Virus record (IMG/VR): IMGVR_UViG_3300020419_000859
Length of the DNA stretch: 64,000 bases
Direction: 5' to 3' (one strand)
From: a virus
Made by a program: the position numbers and the translations under genes
The notes under the pieces: generated by a model
Databases searched by the model: none
The model's input: the letters and a program-made list of their open reading frames with translations, nothing else
What the model was told of the DNA's origin: nothing
Shown here: positions 59,265-64,000 of the stretch, piece by piece
How the letters are laid out: every line of letters starts with the position of its first letter
Position numbering within the stretch: the stretch's first letter is position 1

Positions 59265-60422
59265 ATGGCTTGGACATCTAAAGTAGCAAACATAATCAAA
59301 GGTCAGATAGGAGCGGCTGTTGGTAGATCAATTGCCAGCAAGTTATCATTTGCTTCATCTGGTCAGACATCAAAAGTAGCGGCTAAACTATTAAACAAAT
59401 CGCCGTTAGAGATAGGGTCAACAGGACCATTGACACATATGGAGTCAGTAAACAATCCATATAATTATGGTACTGTATTTTATCCTGAAGAAACATCAAA
59501 TCTAGGTGCTGGTCATTATGTTATATTTGATATAGTATCTCACAAGTCATCAAAATTTAAAACACAAACATTTAACAACGGTCAACTAACATCTGGTTCT
59601 AATAATCAGTTTGATAATTCCGATGTTAGTAATAGAATTTCAAATATAAAAAGAAAAGGTATCACATCATCATCAAGACTAAAATCTACATCAAGTGGTA
59701 TTATGACAAAAGTTGGTGATACACATAATTATATTTCAGACAGTATTATATTATATACACCAGCAGAGGCAATGAAATTTAATTACAGTGCTAGTTATGA
59801 AGACGCACAAACAGGACTTGCAGGAGATTTAGGTGCTAGTATTGGTAGTATAATGAACGATCCAGGTTTTTTAAACAAGATACAGGCTGCCGGCGAAGGC
59901 GCTGCTGGTCTTGGTAGAGAGTTAGGTAAGTCTGCTATATTTGCAGCTGCTAGTATTATACCAGGTTTTGAAAACAGTAGACAATTATTTGATAAGACAT
60001 TAGGTCAGGCAAAGAACCCTAATTTAGAAACAATATTCCAATCAGTACCATTTAGACAGTTTAGTTTTCCTTTCTTATTTGCACCTAAAGACGAGAAAGA
60101 AAAAGATCAAGTACATAAAATTTTACAATTGTTTAGATTTCATATGTTGCCTGAGCAACAAAATGCATTTGCTAAAGTTGGTTATTTTCATGTACCATCA
60201 GAGTTTCAAATAACATATATGTACAGAGAAAACGAGAACTCATATTTACCAAGAGTTAGCCGTTGTGTGTTAAAAGAATGTAATATTGATTACGCACCAG
60301 AGGGTGTTGTATCATCACTAATTGCAGACGAGAAAGGCGCACCACCAACTCTTATCAAAATGGATTTAACATTTGGCGAGACAGAGATTATGACTAAACA
60401 AACTGTAGCGGAGGGTTTCTAA
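59265..60422 (+). CDS. 48: Baseplate tail-tube cap gp48
   Basis: I.LY.P, NP..E..F.....R.F.F.F.F.P...KE, F..P..F.I.Y, L.F.E.EI.T. Confidence 0.8.
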   Translation: MAWTSKVANIIKGQIGAAVGRSIASKLSFASSGQTSKVAAKLLNKSPLEIGSTGPLTHMESVNNPYNYGTVFYPEETSNLGAGHYVIFDIVSHKSSKFKTQTFNNGQLTSGSNNQFDNSDVSNRISNIKRKGITSSSRLKSTSSGIMTKVGDTHNYISDSIILYTPAEAMKFNYSASYEDAQTGLAGDLGASIGSIMNDPGFLNKIQAAGEGAAGLGRELGKSAIFAAASIIPGFENSRQLFDKTLGQAKNPNLETIFQSVPFRQFSFPFLFAPKDEKEKDQVHKILQLFRFHMLPEQQNAFAKVGYFHVPSEFQITYMYRENENSYLPRVSRCVLKECNIDYAPEGVVSSLIADEKGAPPTLIKMDLTFGETEIMTKQTVAEGF

Positions 60423-60423
60423 T

Positions 60424-60948
60424 ATGGCATACTTTGAAAACTTCCCTAAAGGCAGTTATACTAACGACAACTTAACATATAAACAAGTTACCGATTTATT
60501 CAGACGAGTCAAGATAAAAGAAAAGATAATTGACGAGGCAAGTCTATATCAAGAATACGATGTACCTAATGGCGAGAGACCTGAAGATACATCAATGAAA
60601 CATTTTGGTGATCCACAATATCATTGGGTAATATTAATGACAAACAAAAGTCAAGATGGTTTGTATGATTGGCCATTAGATTTCAGAGCATTTGAAACAT
60701 TTATTGCAGACAAATATTCTAATCCAGATGATACACACCATTATGAGATTACACAAACAAGTGGACCAACATCATCAAACGACTATTCACATCTAATAGA
60801 ATGTAATAGTACAGAGCCAGGTGCCGTATCTGTATCTAATAGACAACATGAAGAAAGAATACAAGATAAAAAAAGAAAAATCAAATTAATAAATCCAGGT
60901 TTCTTACCTGTATTGCTAGAAGAATTTGATAAGTTGATGAATGAATAA
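60424..60948 (+). CDS. 53: Baseplate wedge subunit gp53
   Basis: YF..FP...Y, Y.V..GERPE......G....HWVIL..N, DWP, KR.IKL..P. Confidence 0.88.
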   Translation: MAYFENFPKGSYTNDNLTYKQVTDLFRRVKIKEKIIDEASLYQEYDVPNGERPEDTSMKHFGDPQYHWVILMTNKSQDGLYDWPLDFRAFETFIADKYSNPDDTHHYEITQTSGPTSSNDYSHLIECNSTEPGAVSVSNRQHEERIQDKKRKIKLINPGFLPVLLEEFDKLMNE

Positions 60949-60950
60949 TT

Positions 60951-62441
60951 ATGTACAATCAAATCAATGCTGACACACTAACAAGCGCAGGCCAATTTGC
61001 CTTATCAGACATACAGTTAATATCTTATGTATCGGCAGAGGGTGGTAGTGAACCAAAGAAAGTTAGTGTAAGATCACAAGTAATAGAAGTAAACATTTAT
61101 GAAGACCTATTTGGTAAAGGTCTTACAGGCAATGTAGTCATGGTAGACGGACAAAATATTGCCAATCACTTACCATTAACAGGCTTTGAAAGAATAGAAT
61201 TTAAACTAAACACGCCAGGTATATCAAAAGGTTTTGATTTCACATCGGTGACCGGCCACCCTATGTACATCTATAAAATATCAGGTAGACAAGAACTATC
61301 TCCTCGTACACAAGGTTATGTTTTACATTTTGCCTCTAAAGAATTAATCACAAACGAGCAGAATAAACTTCATAGAGTATACACAGGTACAATTGACCAA
61401 ATGGTGATGGATATTTTTAGAACTGATTTAAAATCTAATAAGACTTTGATACTAGAAGAAACCAAAGGCACAAGAAAATATGTTGCGACTGGTAAACGAC
61501 CATTTGAATTTATATCCGAATTATCTAAATCTGCTGAGGCAGGTAGATATAATAATAGTGGTATGTTTTTCTATGAAGACAGTACAGGTTATAGATTAAG
61601 ATCACTAGAGAATATGTTGGCGATTACAGACGGCGCTGCTAGACCAGCCGTTGCACGTTTTGAAAAGAAACCACGATCTGTAAAAGGTGGTAGTGGTATT
61701 ACCAATATTATACAAGAAATGCAGACAGTGGATGGTTTCACAATAGAGAACCAGTTTGATACAATAAAAAATTTAAGAAACGGTGTATATGCAAGTAGAA
61801 CTATAGCCCATGATCTTATGAATAAAACGTTTATTAATTTTGATTACGATTACAATTTAGAGTTTAGTAAGAACTTTCACACTGAACACGATGGTAATGG
61901 TGGTAAATCAGATAATAAGTCAGTTGCACCATTAATGAATTACGAAGGCAAACAATTTAGTGATTTCGCAGAAACAGTATTATATCTACAGTCTACAACA
62001 ACCAAGATACACAACGATATAGAAGACGAGCCAAAGGGTACAAATACAGCAAAAAGATTAAGTCAGAGATTGGCCTTTGCCGCTATGCAGGTATCATTGA
62101 ACGCAAGAGGTTTTACTGGCCTCTCATGTGGTGATGTAGTTGCACTAGAGATTCCGTCATATGAACCAGCAGGAGTAGATAACCCATTAGACCACGATCC
62201 ATATATGTCTGGACGCTACCTGGTTAAGTCCATACGACACAAAATAGATACTTCTAAAGATATGCACACAATGGCCATATCCTGTATGAAGGACGCCGTT
62301 AGGGTCGCATATCCTGAAGAAAACAACGATACCTTTACAGGAAGAGAAAACAGCGAGGCCACCAACATATTACAATACGAATTAGACGATACACTTATTA
62401 CCGAGGCAAGTGGAGGAAATAACGATGGTATTCTCTCATAA
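60951..62441 (+). CDS. Baseplate hub subunit (gp27-like)
   Basis: IYED.F...L.G, LP.TG.E, FFYE...G....SL, G....GD.V, SG.YLV..I.H; lies between gp53 and gp5. Confidence 0.6.
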   Translation: MYNQINADTLTSAGQFALSDIQLISYVSAEGGSEPKKVSVRSQVIEVNIYEDLFGKGLTGNVVMVDGQNIANHLPLTGFERIEFKLNTPGISKGFDFTSVTGHPMYIYKISGRQELSPRTQGYVLHFASKELITNEQNKLHRVYTGTIDQMVMDIFRTDLKSNKTLILEETKGTRKYVATGKRPFEFISELSKSAEAGRYNNSGMFFYEDSTGYRLRSLENMLAITDGAARPAVARFEKKPRSVKGGSGITNIIQEMQTVDGFTIENQFDTIKNLRNGVYASRTIAHDLMNKTFINFDYDYNLEFSKNFHTEHDGNGGKSDNKSVAPLMNYEGKQFSDFAETVLYLQSTTTKIHNDIEDEPKGTNTAKRLSQRLAFAAMQVSLNARGFTGLSCGDVVALEIPSYEPAGVDNPLDHDPYMSGRYLVKSIRHKIDTSKDMHTMAISCMKDAVRVAYPEENNDTFTGRENSEATNILQYELDDTLITEASGGNNDGILS

Positions 62442-62895
62442 TTTCAGAGAATCTCCGAGTTTTCCGACCGCTCCGCTCGCTTTGACGATAGATATAAACA
62501 ATGGCCATAGCAATGGCCGACAGAGAGAAAACACTGTAAAAGGTATAATATAGATAAGAAACATACAGAATACAATGTACAATAAAGAGAACAACCCTTA
62601 TAGACACATAGATACAATGCTCAAGGCGGCCTTTGAGAATATATCACATTATATCAGAGAAGGCAACAACATAGTGGTAAGCAGAGTTAAAGTCATGCTA
62701 GCGCATGCCTGGTCTATAGGAAATGGCCTTATCAGTACAATAAATAGACATACGCAGAGATTGGAAGACATATATTGTAAATGTAGTCTATGCCAGCGTT
62801 ATAATGGCCTCTTGCGTACAAAGGAGAGAAATAGGCAAAAATAATGGATTGTGTTGTAATTAAAAAAGAACATTTATCGGAAAAAATTTAGAACA

Positions 62896-64000
62896 ATGGC
62901 AAACTTTATAGGAAAGAATACAGACTTTACATGGTTTTCAGGTGTAGTAGAAGATAGAAAAGATCCTCTCTTTGCAGGCCGTTTACGTGTTCGTTGTTTA
63001 GGTTATCATACAGACAATAAGAGTGAATTACCTACGGCCGATTTACCATGGGCAATTTGTATTATGGGTAATGGGTCACCAGGAATTTCAGGCCTTGGCC
63101 ATTCTCCTAGTTTTCTTGTTGAAGGCAGTTGGGTATGGGGATATTTTCGTGACAGTACTGGCCACCAGGAGCCAATCATAGTTGGCAGTTTACCAGGCAA
63201 GCCGATTGGTTACGGTAATCCTGACAGTGGCTTCTACGACCCACACAGACGAAGTGATGATGAGGAAGAGGAAGACTACAAGAAATCGGTATACCCACGT
63301 GAGATCAATGAGGTAGATACCAATAGGTTGGCCGTCAATGATGAAAAGAAAGAGCACACTTCGTTGACTACACGTAAGGCCGACAGAGAATTAAATCTAA
63401 ACATACCAACGGCAGACTTTGACGAAGTGACAGCGGCCGATGGATCAACTATAATCGCAAGTGATTCGGATACCTGGTCACAGCCAACTATACCTTACTC
63501 GGCCGTTTACCCATATAACCACGTGTTTGAGAGTGAACAAGGCCACATTAAGGAATATGATGACAGTTGGGAATATGATGAGTACACCGGCCAATACCAT
63601 TACTACACACGAATACACGAAAGACACAAGAGTGGCACAGGTTATGAAATAGATAACAGTGGTAATATTGTAAAGAAAGTGGTGGCCTCCTCTTACGAAT
63701 TAATAGACGCTGACCATTACGTAAACATCAAACAAGATTCAGATATCACTATCAATGGCCGTCATAAGATATTCATTAACAAAGATGGCTTTGAAAATAA
63801 CCACTACGACATACACGTAGGTGCCAATGCCAATATTAATATACAAGTAGACACAGGCGATATCAATATGGTTACCAAAGGTGGCCGTATTAATGTAAAT
63901 GCAGGTGGTGATTACAATGTTAAAGTAGGTGGTAATTATACAATAAGTGTAGATGGTAATAAAACAGAGAGTGTATCAGGAAGTAAAGTAAGTAATACAA
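62896..64000 (+). CDS. 5: Baseplate central spike gp5 (partial; runs off the window)
   Basis: MANFIG..F.WF.GVVEDR.DP..GR.RVR..G.HT..LPWA, G.WV.G.F.D, YPYNHV.ESE.GH..EYDD, start of beta-helix repeats. Confidence 0.9.
   Translation, partial: MANFIGKNTDFTWFSGVVEDRKDPLFAGRLRVRCLGYHTDNKSELPTADLPWAICIMGNGSPGISGLGHSPSFLVEGSWVWGYFRDSTGHQEPIIVGSLPGKPIGYGNPDSGFYDPHRRSDDEEEEDYKKSVYPREINEVDTNRLAVNDEKKEHTSLTTRKADRELNLNIPTADFDEVTAADGSTIIASDSDTWSQPTIPYSAVYPYNHVFESEQGHIKEYDDSWEYDEYTGQYHYYTRIHERHKSGTGYEIDNSGNIVKKVVASSYELIDADHYVNIKQDSDITINGRHKIFINKDGFENNHYDIHVGANANINIQVDTGDINMVTKGGRINVNAGGDYNVKVGGNYTISVDGNKTESVSGSKVSNT

Noticed and set aside
62575-62844. 89-aa ORF as a confident gene
   Set aside because: No recognisable motif or clear SD, and atypical composition; treated as part of the unusual intergenic region.
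1-64000. tRNA/rRNA genes, integrase, transposons
   Set aside because: No cloverleaf/T-loop signatures in the few intergenic gaps and no recombinase or transposase motifs seen by eye; a tRNAscan/Infernal run would be definitive.

Overview
A 64-kb, AT-rich, gene-dense segment of a T4-like myovirus genome. Almost all genes are on the + strand; gp4 is the exception. It most resembles marine SAR11/alphaproteobacterial myophages of the HTVC008M type, but the host is inferred, not shown. Gene order: (1) 1-9 kb, nucleotide-handling enzymes and modular proteins, many starting with a T4 capsid-targeting-like leader; (2) 9-15 kb, virion proteins, conserved hypotheticals and spanins; (3) 15.9-23.2 kb, curli CsgF/CsgG, two curlin-repeat proteins, a FecR protein and a CHASE2 adenylyl cyclase; (4) primase, nrdA/nrdB and a RuvC-like nuclease; (5) a glycosyltransferase island; (6) 33.5-53.6 kb, sigma70-driven early/middle genes (lipoproteins, RNase H, glucosaminidase, FdxA, SufE, M15 peptidase, QueC-like protein, exonuclease, gp33, gp59, serine hydrolase); (7) gp32, gp2 and baseplate/tail genes ending in a partial gp5. 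Main candidates: a possible virion-delivered RNA/nucleotide repair kit; a curli-FecR-cyclase trans-envelope signalling module; a -1 frameshift joining gp26 to gp51; alphaproteobacterial LexA-type boxes at two promoters; and a dense GGCC cluster near gp5. All calls rest on motif recognition by eye; no database searches were run.
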